A DNA stretch of 64,000 nucleotides from NCBI RefSeq assembly GCF_001447785.1, contig NW_015172003.1, positions 1,372,708 to 1,436,707 of the forward strand, in the 5' to 3' direction. This stretch comes from Gekko japonicus. Its lineage: Eukaryota. This document shows positions 33,401-48,400 of the stretch, piece by piece (the first letter of the stretch is position 1; every line of letters begins with the position of its first letter). Position numbers and translations under genes: made by a program. The notes beneath the pieces were generated by a model. The model was not told where the DNA came from, searched no databases, and saw nothing but the letters and a program-made list of their open reading frames with translations.

Positions 33401-36400
33401 ATCAGGCATTATTTTGCTTTGTATTCTTATAGAATTCTTTCTTTCAGGGCTTGAGCCCGCTTTCAGAGCTGTTCTCACCTGGAATGCTTCTCAGATGTGC
33501 TGTGATTGATGTGGAGAAGGGTGCGGAAGGACATCGTGGTATACAGCTGTCAATTAATCCCAAAGATGTCAACAAGGCTTTGAACATTGCAGCTCTGAGA
33601 ACAGGCATGGTATGACAATTATTACTTGTCTGAGTTTGGAAGATACGGCTCCTTTGGTTTTCTGGTGGCGATGTAGGGAGATGCCCCTGTACCTTCAAAA
33701 GGTATGCCGGAAGTAGAATTTCACCAGTGCAGATTCTCCTGTTGTAATACTCTAGTGGTGGAGCAGCTGCATCTGTCAGAGTTCTGCTCTTTTAGATATC
33801 TTTATACAGCAGAGGAGCCTTAATAATCATGAATCAATTTGAGGAGAGAAACTGAAACATATCTCGTTGATCTCTGCTACGTCTGTAACTGATTTTGGAC
33901 AAAGGGAAGGCATAGAGAGTTCCTATTTAATCTCAGACAAGCACTTTTACCGATATGCCTCAATTTTTCTAGCTACTGCATGGAAAATATTTGGTCCTCC
34001 TTGCTCCAGGATTCTTTGTTGTGCTGGGTTACTTGAGGAAACTGGGTTCATTCCTAGGTACAAAGGATCTTTTTAGAAAAACATCCATGTGTTACAGGGG
34101 AGGGGAACGGATAATCAGTAAAACTTTCTTTTAAGCTGTGTTATTTCTTCTCCCAACAGCTGCTCTCTGGATGTGTCTCTAGTGTGGAAGATCATGGCTA
34201 CCTTATTGACATAGGGGTGCATGCAGCAAAAGCATTTCTCCCTCGAGATAAAGCCCAAAGTTACTTCCAGTCAAAAGAGAAAGGTATAACTATGCTTAAA
34301 ATGGTGTGTTGGGTGATTGGCTAGAAGTGAAGGAAATGAGTGGTGTGCAGTTGAGTCCTACGCCTCAGCTGCTGGCATAGTTAGTCAGTACACGCTGCTC
34401 TCTCAGCAGAGAAAAAATTCGAAAAAGACCAAGCTATCAAGGGAATCAGACCTTTGCAACAGCACTGCAGTCCATAATGAGACTGGGAGGAGTCAGACGC
34501 TAGGATAGCATCAAGAGATCTCAGAAGAGAATGTTCACCAGAAGGTATTCGTGTCATTTGTGGTTGCGGTTTACATAGTGCTTAAAAAAACTGCAATTAT
34601 TTGCAGACTGAATTGTTATTGTAAGCTGCACCATAACTGTGTAGGAGTTGCTGAAGACAAAGAAGACTTTTTTTTTCACTTCCAGTAAGTTCAGTGGGAG
34701 TACTTATAGTTGCACCTCTGTTCTTTCTGGGGTAGTGTTATGTTGGCACCAGGAGTGAGACGTGGGCTTAGGGTTCTAAGCCCCACTCCTCCCTGGTACA
34801 CCGTGCTACTACCCATCCCTGACCTCTGTGCTTGCACAGCTGCATCAAGTTTATGCTGATAGAGCATCCACAGGACATTACACTGGTGCATCTCCATGGT
34901 ATGCAGGTGTGAGGCTTAGTGGCTGTCTAAAGGAGTTTACAGACTGGCTGTAGGGCTGCGTTGTTAAGAAGTTACAGATAGAGAACATTAAATACGAACA
35001 TGACTAGAGACCAAATACTCTGCCTGGTGTTTGTCTGGGGATTTTTAAAAATTCTAGCACTGATCATTGATTTATGTGACCAGTTCCATTGTTCAGCATA
35101 TTCCATTTAGGAGCCTTTTTTGCAAGATCTGTTCAAATGAGTTGTATGAGTGAAACAGTTCAACCTAAAAGTTTGTGTGTGTGTGTAAACACAAATGTGG
35201 AACCAATGAGGGAATTTTTTAAAAAAATCCTCAGTGTGATCATAATGTCAGAAGAGTGGTGGCTAAGCTCTGATTATAAGAAATAATGGTTGTGTATGAT
35301 GGGCTTTTAGGAGCTGAACTGAAGATAGGACAATACTTAAACTGCCTTATTGATGAAGTCAAGAACAGTGGGAGGATAATCCGCATTTCCATCAACCAGT
35401 CAGAGGTTGCTGCCGCCATTGCAACAGAAATGCAAAATTGGACACTCTGCAGTTTGCTACCTGGGCTGGTGGTGAAAGCCCAGATTCAGGAGGTAAACCT
35501 TTACTACTGAAATAAGGTGCTAGGACCCGGCAATCTTTTTTATGTTTATTGCTTTAATATACTCTGCCAAAGGTCTGAATGGTTTTTAAATGTCTGCTTG
35601 ATGATTTCTAACTGCAGATTCCATAATGTACCAGATAGTATGAAAGTCATACCTTCTGTAAATCTTTCTTTTACTCCCATGAGACAAGGAGGCGCATATT
35701 GAACAACGATAACTTAAGTATGCTGAATCGAAGCTGCAGGCTGATTCACAGATGCTCATACATTGCTTAATTACTTCTCTAGGAACAAAAGCACGAGTAT
35801 ATTCTGCATATTGCCTATTGAATTTGGGAAGTAGAGTGGACTAGTCTACTTGATAGCAAACTGGGATTTCGTCACATGGTTTGCTGACTATGCATGAGAG
35901 GGAATCTTTCTGGCTCCTAATACGTCACTTCCCTGAGATATTTGGAGGAGAGTGAGTTACAAGTTAGGTATATCTTCAGCTTAACTTTGTTCTGCTTCAG
36001 TTTTTCTAATATCAGTGGAGAAAGCAAGAACTCTCACAGCAGAACAGCCAGCAAAATATTTATCCAGTTAGCAGGGTTGGTCCTAATCTGTACTGGTGCT
36101 TGGGACGGAGAATCCAAATGGCACCCTCCTTCTGTTAATTAAGATGGGGTGTTCTTGTCCAACAAGCCTTGTGTGCAGCTCTTATCAGAAGGAAGGGGAG
36201 GTGAACCTTACCATGCTTTTGCGCAGCATCTGTTAATTTCAGCAGGGAGTTATGCAGGAGAACTTCCCAGTGGATAGCAGCCTATAGATCAGATATTCGT
36301 CTCCCATTTTGCCATTATTTGTGGTGCCCGGAATCTGCCACTGGAGGCAGGTGAGACCCAAGAAGGTGAAAGGAAATCTTATTTAGAAGCCAGTAGACTT

Positions 36401-39400
36401 TGCTTGAGAGGTCTTACCTCTTGTTAGTTTAACAGTTTTGCCTTGTGTTCCCATTATGGCACATGGGGGAAAGTGATTCGCTGTGAGCATGAATTAATAA
36501 TTTTAAAAGGACATAAAGATAGCCCAGCTGGATCAGACCAAAGCATGTATAGTCCATCATATTGTTTCCCTCAGTGGCCAACCAGATTATTCAAGGAATC
36601 ATGGAAGTAAGGTATGTGGGCAATATATATTCCTTGCTGTTATCCCCAACAGCTAGTATTCAAAGGTGTATTGCTTCTGAACATGGGGATGCATTTATAG
36701 ACTTGTTGTGAAGTTGTGCTGCCCGCTCTTATAGCCAGAATCTGCCATGAGTCTGTCTAGTTTGACTACAGATATGCATTAAAAGCATAAGGTTTGTTGC
36801 AAATGCAGCCAGACCTGTAATTATACCCTTGTCTGTGAACATCTAACATCTGAAGGTCTGTAAAGCTTATGAGATAGCTTCTCTATCTTATAACCTCATC
36901 CAGATCAGGGAATCAGTTCTATTTTTAATTTTTTTAATCCAATAGTAGGATTTTTTGTTTCTTTGGTCTTCTTTTTAGGTGACTCCTTTGGGAATTTCTC
37001 TTAGTTTTTTGTCTTCCTTTACTGGAGTTGTGGACTCCATGCACCTGGGTCCCAAAAAACCAAGAAACTACTCTCCAGGTCATATGGTAAGTGACTTAAA
37101 CTGGTTTTGCATAAGGTGATACTGTCAGATTCAAACTATGAAGTGAAAAAAATTATGAAGATATTTCCATGATCAGGATAGAAACACGTAATCAGAACCA
37201 AGGCTATGGCAGCCAGCAGTATAACACTGGGGAATTTTTAAAAATTTGGTGTTTGGGTTTTCAGAAGTAGTCATAAGATTCGATTTTGGAATCAGTCATA
37301 ATATTTGATGATTTCTAAAGTTCAACAAATCAAAAAGTTCTTTTTTTAAAAAATCTCATTTTAATCACTGCACTGTAAGTAAAAACCATAGTTACGGATC
37401 TTTATTTTCAGCACTCTTGAGAGCTGCTTTTTTTTTTTTTTACAAAGTTATTTGCAATAGCTGGGATCTCAAGAACTATGTGTTTCTGTATGGGCAGCCT
37501 CCATACCACTTGGCAATCACTTGTTTTGAAGGAGACCAGAGCTTTCAAAAGCAGTTTGTGATGTGATGCACGAGTCTGCAGGTTAAAGAAACCCCAAACT
37601 GGGCATGCCTAAGCCCCTGGGCACCTCTAAAGTCGCTGTTTCAGATTTCATGTATCTACAGCTGTGCCTATGCAGGCTTGCATATGTAGAGTACTACATG
37701 GTTGTGTGTATTATGCAGCACGTTTTTGTGTTTTTTGTAAAATAATCTAAGCTGCAAATTTTATAATTAGAATTAATTATTTAATTATGTTTATTTCCTT
37801 CTGCATTGCATAAGTTTGCTGCTGTGATTCAGGGTTTCAGGTAATTATGGAATTTTGTGGAGAAGAGATGGGGTGGAAATAGGATGAACGTGGACATATT
37901 TATAAACTGCTCCTTACCTTCAGGGCGGATAGAGTGATGCTTTCTTAAAAGTTACATTATCAGTCTGGTGCATTATGTATTGATACAACCTAAGGAAAAT
38001 TCCAAAATTCTCTTCTCTACTTTGTACTTCTTCCAGGTGAAAGCCTGCATTCTCTCTGTTAATCCCACCTCCAAGGCAGTACGCCTTTCTTTGCGCCCAG
38101 TTATCCTTCAGCCTGGCACTCAGCTTGGCCATCTCTCCAGTGATCGGATTGGCACAGTAGTGGCCCACTCAAGAGTAAAGAGCTTTCTCAAAAATGCTGG
38201 TGCTGTCTTCACACTGGATGATGGCACCCTTGCTTTTGCACATGTAAGTAGTCTGAAACCAAGCATGCCATGTTTTAGTATTGGCACCCAAGATTTGGAA
38301 ATCCCTCTGTAGCAAAGTTCACCTTGTGACCAGTTTACAAGCTTTTAAGCACCAGGGGAAAGATGCTTATGCTCCAAGGCCTTGTGGATTCTACCCTGGT
38401 GGAGTTCTATTGCTTTTTGCCATGCTGGGTTGCAGAGGATCCAGAACACCATTGAGTCTGAAATTAGTGAAGAGTTTTTCTGGGTTCTTTTGCAGTATGA
38501 TCACACTGGGGTTATAGAGCAACAATGAAGGTGGGTCCTTAAAGCATGTTGTCACATTATGCTAGAGGAGAAGAAAATAGTCACGAACAGGCCTTTGGCG
38601 TTTACTTTGTTTTCTGCAGAGCTGAGCCAAACATTCACGAGTTTTGATTTTCATGTCAGCATTTGCATGTTTGAGGAGAAATTTTTGCTGAACATCTAAG
38701 CAGTCAGCTCAGAAATCAAGTGTTTCTCTTGCTTCCCATTCAAGCTGTTGGACACTAATTGCCACTTAGACAGAGCAGTGCAAAAGTCCCCAGAAGAACT
38801 TTGGAGCCATGAAAAGAAGAGGGTTGTGCAGCCCCAAACATTGACAAAGCTCTGTGGAGCTCCTTGTCCAGAATGAAATAACATATGGAAAGAGTCCTTT
38901 TATATATTCTATCTAAAGCCCTCTCCCTGTCCTGTGCCCTGCTTGTGTGATGGGCAAGGACTCAGCCCAGGCCATTACATTGGCTGGGGACAGCGAAGGC
39001 TTGCCAACAGTGTATAGACTGATTTTGCTTGTGCTTTAACTAACTGCATTCAGGGAGCTTCCCTGAGCTTAGTCAAAGAAAGCTTGCAAAACAGAAGTAC
39101 TGTTTGTTAATAAAGTGAAATGAAACTAAGAATACTTTTTTCATCTCCAATGTTGTATAGAGGTATGATGGTAATATTTAAAAAAATGATATGGAATGTA
39201 ATCCTAATAATTTATTTTATGTTTTTAGCTAAAACATCTTTCAGATACTCCCAAGTCTTTCAAACCTGAGTCCTTTAAGCCTGGAAGCACGCATAAGTGC
39301 CGAATTATTGACTACAGCCCTATCGATGATCTGTTATTGTTGTCCCTCAAACAGTAAGTTTCCTCTCTCATCTCAGTCCAATTTGTGTAAATTGGGGTGT

Positions 39401-42400
39401 TATGCAATTTTATATACTCACATTTTGAACATATGCCCATTTCTTGAAATTCCTTAGGAAGGAACTCTAGCTCAGTGGTGGTGTGAATGCTTTGCACGCA
39501 GAAATTCCCAGGTTCTGTCCCTAGTATCTCCTAAATAGGCCTAAAGTAGCACTTGTTGTGAAACACCCTCTCCACCTGAGATCATGAAGAACCATTGCCA
39601 GAATTACAGAAAACTGAGATAGATGGACCAGTGGTATGACCTAATGCATGGCAGCTTCGTATATCCCGGTGCTTAACAAAAAAAGGTCATAGTTCAAAAA
39701 CGTTTAAGTGTATGTTTCATGCTAATCTGTGCAGCAGTTATCAATTCGGTATGTGTCTAACCATTTAATTTGTAAGAGGTGTTAGAAGTAACTTGCAAAA
39801 TATTTTTAAGCTTTGCTGCTAAAGCTAATAATAATGCTTATTATTGCAGTAATCTGGCAACAGGTAGACCAGTATTATTATCCCCATAATTGCAGACTAA
39901 AAGAATTGAGGCTTAAAGAATGTGACTTGCCTAAGGCCACCTAATGAAGTTGTGACCAAGGCGAGATTTGAATGGGTGACCCCTCCCCCAGTCACAGCTC
40001 AGTCTCTTAGCCACTATGCTATACCAGCATTCATGCCGCTACAAGGGTATTCTTGAGGTTAATTCAAAAACTTCCTGAATTGCCCAGTAAAGAAAGAGTG
40101 CTAGCAGCATGGGTAGGCAAATAACTAATGCTGCAATCATACAACCACTTACCTGAGAATAAGTCGAGATGAAAATAGTAGCATTTGCTTTGAAGTGTGT
40201 CTAAAACTGGTTTCTATGTATTTTTTATAACATTGTCCTTGCCTCCTTGATGTTATTTGCACAGTAGCAACGCTGTGAGGTAGACTAGGCTGAAAGAGTC
40301 TACCTGTCAGGTTCATCCAGACAAGCTTTCATGGCAGAGAGGAGATTTGATCCTGGTTCCCATAGGTCCTAGTCCACTGTGCTACACTGGCCAAAGTTTA
40401 GGTTTCTTGCTCTCACATTAAGCTTGTGTTGGTCACCTTAGCTTATTGCAACTTATTGCAAAATAAACCGTGTAGCAAGCTGAGGTTTAGTATTAATGGT
40501 CAAGAAACACTGGAAGACAGTGTACCATGTGTTGCAGTGCAAGGCTCTGACTGAAAAAAAGGAGATTTGTGGAAACTTTGTTTCTAGGTAAGACAAGGAT
40601 ACAAAGGAAAGATTTTTCAGGAAGATGCTTGATGGGCACACTAGCTGAAAGCTGTGCTCCAGGCTTGTCATAGCAAATGTGCAACTTCGGGAAACAGTGG
40701 TGGGAATTGTATTAGCAAAATGTTGTATTTTGGTTCAAAACTATTTTGGGAAGGTTTTTTTAAAAAAAACAATGGTGGCATTGGAGCCTTGCATAATTTA
40801 AAATGTTAGGCAGGTTAGAAAGCTGAGAGTTGTTGGGAACTTAACAATGGTGCACTTAACAAAATCCTTAAACATGATCACTGAGGGGTAAGTCATTTGA
40901 ACTCACTGGAACTTATGTCAATGTAAGCATGCTTAAAATTGCATCCTAAAGTGTGCTATAAAAATGCTGATGGGTAATTACACAGTAACATCTATTGTGC
41001 TATTAAGGGAAAATGATTCCTTTGATAATTGCCATGTTAAGTTATGTTGTGCTTTTTTCCAGCTAACATAAATCAATCTCTTTCTGTTTGACTGTTTCAT
41101 TTCTTGTGTTTAGACGTATTATTGATGCTCCATTCTTGAGATACCATGATATTCATCCTGGACAGATTGTAGAGGTAGGTCTGAGAGAATGCTTCCCTCC
41201 CCCCATGAGTGGTCCATGCCAATTTGGACCTTCTGAAGTCTTTTGCTGCCAGGGTTGCTCAGGGTGCTGAACACTCATTTATTTATCTGAATTAGTTCTG
41301 AACACTCAATTATTTATCTGATCATTTTAACAAATATTTTTGAAGCCGTGTGCATTTGTGTATTGGATGACGCTTTGAGCCAAATCCTGCTCTGCAATGT
41401 CTGTACATCCATGCTGTTTTTCATTATGGCAGCGACAGCTGCTTTGCAGGGACCTGTATAGTTTCTTCTCAATTATCATGCTTTATATCTTTGTTAAACT
41501 CTATATAAGTGTTATACCAACTCATTTTTTCAGGACCACCACATTTTTTTTAATCCTCTTTCTTTATTTCTGATTTTAGGGCACCATATTTGCTCTGAAG
41601 GACTTTGGCATGCAAGTAAAAGTGGGTGGTCACATCAAGGGGGTAGTACCTCGCTTGCATCTAGCTGATGTGGTTCTAAAACAACCAGAAAAGAAATACA
41701 GTGTGGGGAACACTGTTAAATCCCGGGTAAGAGCTTTCCTATAAGTGTCCATTTAAAACGTGGACTGTTCTAAGGTCTTTTCCACCAAGGATTGTTCAGA
41801 GTGCTAGGCGGTACAAAAATATGCCTTAATTTTTTTATACATTTATATCCTACCTTTCTCCCCATTGGGGACCCAAAGCAGCTTACATTGTTCCCCTCTC
41901 CTACATTTTATCCTCACAGCAACCTTATGAGGTAGGTTAGGCCGAGGCTGTGTGACTGGCCCAAGGACACCCAGCAAGCTCCTATGGCAGAGTAGGGATT
42001 TGAACCTGAGTTTCCCAGATCCTAGTTGAGTACTTTAACTGCTACATAACACTTATGATGCTATGAGTTAGTGAGATGAGTTAATGGGAATTAATGCAGT
42101 TGGGTTGACTGTGCAAGACTCTGGTTCGAGTCACATTACAATCTTCATGTTGCCTTCTGCAAGTCACTATTTCTGCTTAATCTATTCCCAGAATAAGGTA
42201 AAATGAGAGAATCGTACACATGCTGCCCTGAATCCCTTGGAGGGAGGAGTTAATGCAAATACAATAACCCCTATTTAAAATAGCTCTTGGGTCCATCTTA
42301 CCTCCTTAATGTTTAAGTGAACAACAGTCACACAGGATGTTACAAAGTTCAAATGCTATAAAACAATAGTGGTTACTTCCAGTGTTTTTGGATTGGATAT

Positions 42401-45400
42401 GTACTAATTAGAGAACCAGGTTAAGACCTGGGATACCCAGATTTAAATTCCTGCTCTGTTGTTAAGCTCACTGAGTAATTTGGGCCAGTCACACACATTC
42501 AGCCTAGCCTAGCCTACCTCACCAGATTGTTGTGAGGATAAAGTGGAGGAGGGAAGAAGAACATATGGCACCATCAGCTCTGTGGAAGAAAGGGAGGATA
42601 AAAATGCACTAAATTAATTATTTACAGTATAAGGAGCTTAAGAACAAAGCTGTCTCTAACCTTCAGTTGCTTAAATATTATTATTTAAAGGAGGTTTATT
42701 CTCTTCCTGGCTTGAGATCACGGTTTGTTTGTTTTTACGCCCCATGCTTCATTCTGGTTTCTTCCTCTTTCAGGTGCTTTCTTGCAATCCTGACACAAAG
42801 GTGCTTATTCTGACACTTAAGAAAATTCTCGTCACTTCAAAACTCCCTATTCTTGCTAGCTATGAAGATGCAAAGCCAGGTCTAGTTACCCATGGATTTG
42901 TTGTGTGTGCTAGGGAGTTTGGCTGTATTGTGAAGTTCTACAATGACGTAAAAGGCCTGGTCCCCAAGAATGAGCTCGGTTTGGCACCCATTACCATTCC
43001 TCAGGAAGCTTTCTATGAAGGCCAGGTAAGCACTGGCTAAATGTCAAGAGCATCTCAAGAGCCATGATAACCTCTCCAATTAAGAACTAGGCAGTTTTAC
43101 ATGTTACCATTAATGTACCTGCAGTACATTGATTCCTCCCCCCCCCCTTTTTTGCAGAATATGGTTTTAGAATTCATTGGCCCATTGATATAGAGATTTT
43201 GTTTGCATGTATATGTGTTTTAAAGCAATAATTTGTATTAACCCTTCCAAACATTGACTGGGAAGAAGATATAACTCATATAACGTATGCTGACTAAAAT
43301 GATCAGATATGTGACTATAATGACCTAAGCCCACAATAAATCAATAGAAAGTTAAGTGAAAGCATAAGAACTCTGTATGTTTTATATTACATCCGTAATG
43401 TGATGGTCAACCTGTCTGTAAGTCTGCGATTTTAAGGTTGTTTTTATCTCTTCTTTTGCCAACTAGGTGGTCAAAGTGATTGTCTTAAAATGTGAGCCCG
43501 AGCAGGAGAGACTACTGCTCTCATTCAAGTTAACTGATAATGCTCTTGCTGAGGATTCTACAGGGGAAGAGGTTTCAAAAAAGGGAGAAGTGACATATGA
43601 AACTGGACAGGTATTTATTTTGAAAGGTTTTTCCTCCTTCTTCTGGGGGTATGGACTTCTGAATATCATTTGGTAAGAAGCAGAGACTAGCAAAACAGCT
43701 TAGGTGAACTTTCTTAGTAATTAGGATATTTGTCATTTGAATGTCTAGAATTCTGCCGTGCACTTTTTTCCTGAAGTGTGCTGTGTTGCTGTGTTTCCTT
43801 GTATGAAGTTGCCAAGCATATCTCACTCAATGAGTATACCTTGGGTTTCAGTGAATGTTTTGTCTGTCAGAAATGGATTGATACAGGAATGGATAATGCA
43901 GTTTGATCTCACATACTCTATTACTTTACCATAAACATAGAATAGTTCCTTTTAGTATGAATAATCTCTTCTAACCCTTGGATATTTTTTACATCAGAGC
44001 AATTTCTCCTAGAATCTAGAAGCTAAAGAAGCTAGAGATAGTTGCATTTTTTTTATTGTAAGCCCACCTGTATTTGAGGTAAAATGGAAGAGTGACATTC
44101 TTCCAGGTGTATTAAAAACCTCTCCCACCATTTGTCTTTTGCTCAGGTTGCTGATGTGAAAATTCTAAAGAAGAAAGAAAATGGCCTAGAAGTTAAAATC
44201 TTGCCAGATGAGGTTTCTGCCTATCTTCCCACAATGCACCTCTCTGACCATGTGACCAATTGTAGACTCTGGTGGCATTGGCTCAAAGGCAATGAAATCC
44301 TACACAATGTTGTATGCCTTCATGACAAGGAAGGTCATATTGTATCCTTTTTAACCCCTCTCAAGAGTTTGATTCAATCGTTTTCAGGTTTTTAGGCCTG
44401 AAATTTGCCCATATTTCTTTCCTGTCTTCCTTATTAGTGACCCTATGCTTGTCATATCTTACATATCTGTGTATATCACATGTGCTATTAAAATGAATTA
44501 TATGTAATTTTCATCTAGGTTCACATTGTAACTAGATTGTAAGGTCTCAAAAAACCCTTTCTGGTGTTGTTTCCTGCTATGCTTCAGGCACTTCAAATTT
44601 TGATTTTTTTCATCAGCTATTAACTTTTGTACATTTTGAGGAACTGAAGTTAAGTGCAGAAAATATTTCAAAACCTTTCTAACTCCAGCAGTTTGAAAGA
44701 GAGAAAATTTTGGTGGGAAAAAACAATAGAAATTAGCAATCTCCTTAATCCTTTGGCTATCAAAGTTTGACAGGAGCTAGACTTTGTGGGTCCAACTCAG
44801 GGTGGGCATTGGTTGATGGTATTTGTGTGCTTTCTTCACATGGCACAATATTTTATAGTACAGTATGGTCTTGGTGCCCTTTCACTATCAATTTTATTTA
44901 CCTGTCCTCCTGTCTTGATGAGCTCCCAGAATTGTTGTTTTCCCTGTTCTGTTCCTTGACACATAGTTTAGACCCTGAGCAGGAAGCCAGCTATCATTTC
45001 TGCTATTGAGGGAGGAAATGTGGTGAAGAACTTCTCTGACATCCAGCCTGGATTGCTGCTGACGGGCTATGTGAGAAACATTATGCCATATGGTGTGTTT
45101 GTGGAGTTCCCGTATGGTTTGACGGGGCTGGCACCCAAATCAGTAAGTTGGGTTGTACCACTTGTTTTAAGTGTTGATTTGTTTTGCAAATATTGATGTA
45201 CACGTGAGTTGAAATAATCTCTGTTGTAAGGGTGCTGCGCTGTCATCTCAATTGAAAACTCTTATTTGGAGATGCTTTGTGGTGAGGATTGTGATTCATT
45301 GACTTAAGCACAATTTTGTGCATGAATATTTTGAAAGTGACATTTTTTGTAACTAAACTTTCAAAATTCTGCATTCAAAGAATGGTCAGGGCTTTTCATA

Positions 45401-48400
45401 CTTTGATTTAAAAATGGTATCTATACGTTGCACTCAGAAAAGTTGAATTTTGCAATTTGTGTACATTTCTTTTAAAGGGGGGGTTTTAGACTCTGAGGAG
45501 CTGCGGTGGCTCAAGTGGTTAAGATGCTGAACTGCAGGCTGTGGAAAGTCAATAGTTCAGCAGTTCAAGACCCGGGTGCCGCATGATGGAGTGAGCTCCC
45601 ATCTCTAGTTCCAGCTCTTGCCAACCTAGCAGTTTGAAAGCAAGAAATTGCAAGTAGATAAATAGGTACCACTTCGGTGGGAAGGTAGCAGTGTTCCGTG
45701 CACCTTGGTGTTTAGTCATGCCGGCCACATGACCACGGAAACGTCTTCGGACAGCGCTGGCTCTTCGGCTTTGAAACGGAGATGAGCACCGCAACCCTAG
45801 AGTCGGATTCGACTGGCTTTCGAGCAAGGGAACCTTTACCTTTTTTAGACTCTGAAGAACAGGCCTACTGGGTCAGACCAATGGTCCATCTAGTCCAGCA
45901 TCCTGTTTCACATGATGGCCAGCCAGTTGACCTGGAGGGCCTTTCAGCAGAGACCAAGGCCTTGCCTGGTGTCACCTCCTAGGATTGGTATTCACAGGTT
46001 TACTGCCTCTGAATGTAGAGATTCCTTTCACTCCCCATGGCTAGTAGCCATTGATGGATCATTGGTGGGATAATATTATGCTTAAGGATGATTGGAAATA
46101 AGGAGCTGCAAGAGAAGAGAGAAGATGTGAAGTGATGGCTAGTAGACCTCGCCCTGACCCATCTTGGGATAACAGCTGGAACACATGCTGTTTCTGGGGA
46201 TCTTGATCAATGTTCCCTCTAAGCTGTGGAGTCTTGTGAGCAAAAATTCTACTTTGTGAGCTACCGGCATTAAAGCTGTGAGCGAGCGATTTGGCTACTG
46301 CATGAATTAGCTTGCTCTGGAGCCATCCTTCCTGAGCGAAGACATAAATGTGTGAGCTGGAGGCTAAAAAACTGTGAGCTAGCTCACACTAACTCAGCTT
46401 AGAGGGAACACTGATCTTGATAATGATGTCAGTGTTGTTGGCTGTAACTTGAAAGAGCTCTTAGAGTAATAGCATGTTGCTTTGTCTCCTAATTTGTATA
46501 GGCAATGAGTGATAAATTTGTGACGAATACCAAAGATCACTTTGTGATTGGTCAGACTGTGATTGCCAAGGTGACCAGCATTGATGAAGAAAAGAAGCGT
46601 TTCCTTCTGTCTCTGAAGGTATCTGACTGCTCCTCTGAAGATTCTGTTTCTGAGAGCTTCTCCTTGCTGTTTCAGTACTTCAAGGAGCTGCAGGAGATCA
46701 AGAGCATTATGAGCAAAAGAGGTAAAAGGCTGGAGTGGGGCGGGGCTAAGAAATATGACATGCAAGCTTCACATTAGAAGTAATCTAGTTTTAGGACAGA
46801 AGTAGTGAGATTTTCAGAATCCTTTCTGAAACCAAGAGATCTAGTTATGGATTCTGTCTCAGGTAAACCCCTAGTCATGTTAATATGACCTTTTGGACGT
46901 CATAATTCCTCAGTGGGTTTTGTTTACTGTTTCATCAGCTGTGAAGATAAAGCTCTCTGACTGGCAGTTTATCCTTCGGTGACTGTGGCTCATTTGTTAT
47001 AAGTTTAGATATATCAAAAGAAGAGATACCTTATTGCCTCCCACCCTGTCCCCTTTGTAAGAAATTTCAGATTGACGTTAAAATTCATGAACTTCCTGGA
47101 CTTTTAAATGCAAAAGCCTAAACTACGGATTGCAGTAATGCTAAGGACATTTAATTCTTTAATACACTTTACTTGGACTTTGTAGACTTCATGTTGAAAA
47201 CTGTAACTGCAGATGCCATTAATCTGTCTTACCCCATCTTCAGACAGTTCCAGTGTAGCCCAGAAAGTCTGTGAATTAAACCCTGGACAGAGGCTGCAGT
47301 TGGTGGTTCAAGAAGTCAAGGCAGACGGTTCAGTGCTGTTCAGTGGCACAGGTGCTTCTGGGTTGACTGTAGAGTCCACTCACAGACATCTTGGAGGTAG
47401 GATATATTTTGTGGTCTCTGTTCCCCCCCCCCTCTTTTGCTATCCTAAAACTTGTTTGTCAAGAAGCAAATAGCTTCCTGATTATAAAGGATTCCAGAGG
47501 AGTAGCACTTTTTGTCTGCTTCAGCAAAAAACAAGTCTTGTGATACTTTACGGACTAACAGATTGGAGAGGCTGTTATGCAGCTTGTTCATGATGACAAC
47601 ATATGGGACTGTGGGTGAGTGGGGGTTATGACTCCTGCCCCCTTCTTGTGACTGTATCACCCCAGGAGAGTGTATGGCCTCAAAACGGGATGGGAGGGTG
47701 CTAAATCTGACACCCTGCTTGACTCTCTTCCCCACAGCTCTCTTCTTTAGCCTTCAGGAGAGAGAGACTAGTGCTTCATCCCAGGCCAGCTCCCCATCCT
47801 TTTATGAATGCAGCCCTCCTAGGCTATTCATACTCTGTGGCTGATCCCTGCCACCCGTGGACGTATCCAGCAAACCAAAGGAGCCTCAGCCAGGCGTCAT
47901 CTTTGAGCTATCCAGAAAAAAAAAAAATCAAATGACTCAAGGTCCTGTTATTTTGGGCACTACCACAACACAGGGATGTCCAATTATATAGACACAGGCT
48001 CCATCCTCAAGCCCTGTACTATCAGAACACTCATTTATCTGCAGGTTAACATTGGCCTTGAGGGGAAAAAACTAAAATCCATTGATAAATTTTCAAAGAA
48101 TACCATAATGGCACCGAAGACGTCAAGGCTCTATATAAGAAAATTTCCCACAAAGGCTGACTGCAAGTCATCAGGAATATTATTCCCAACAGTTCTACCA
48201 TGCAGTCATCTAACCATCATACTTTGTCCTCACCCACAATTTGGTTGTTAAGTTGCTTTGTGCTCTTTTGGGGAGAAAACCAAGATATAAATACCAAAAT
48301 AAATAAATTTGTAAATCACTTCAGATTTGGGGACAATTTATATCTTCAGGTTAATGCATTGCCATAACTATTGCTGTGGTTCCACAATATGCCAGTAATG

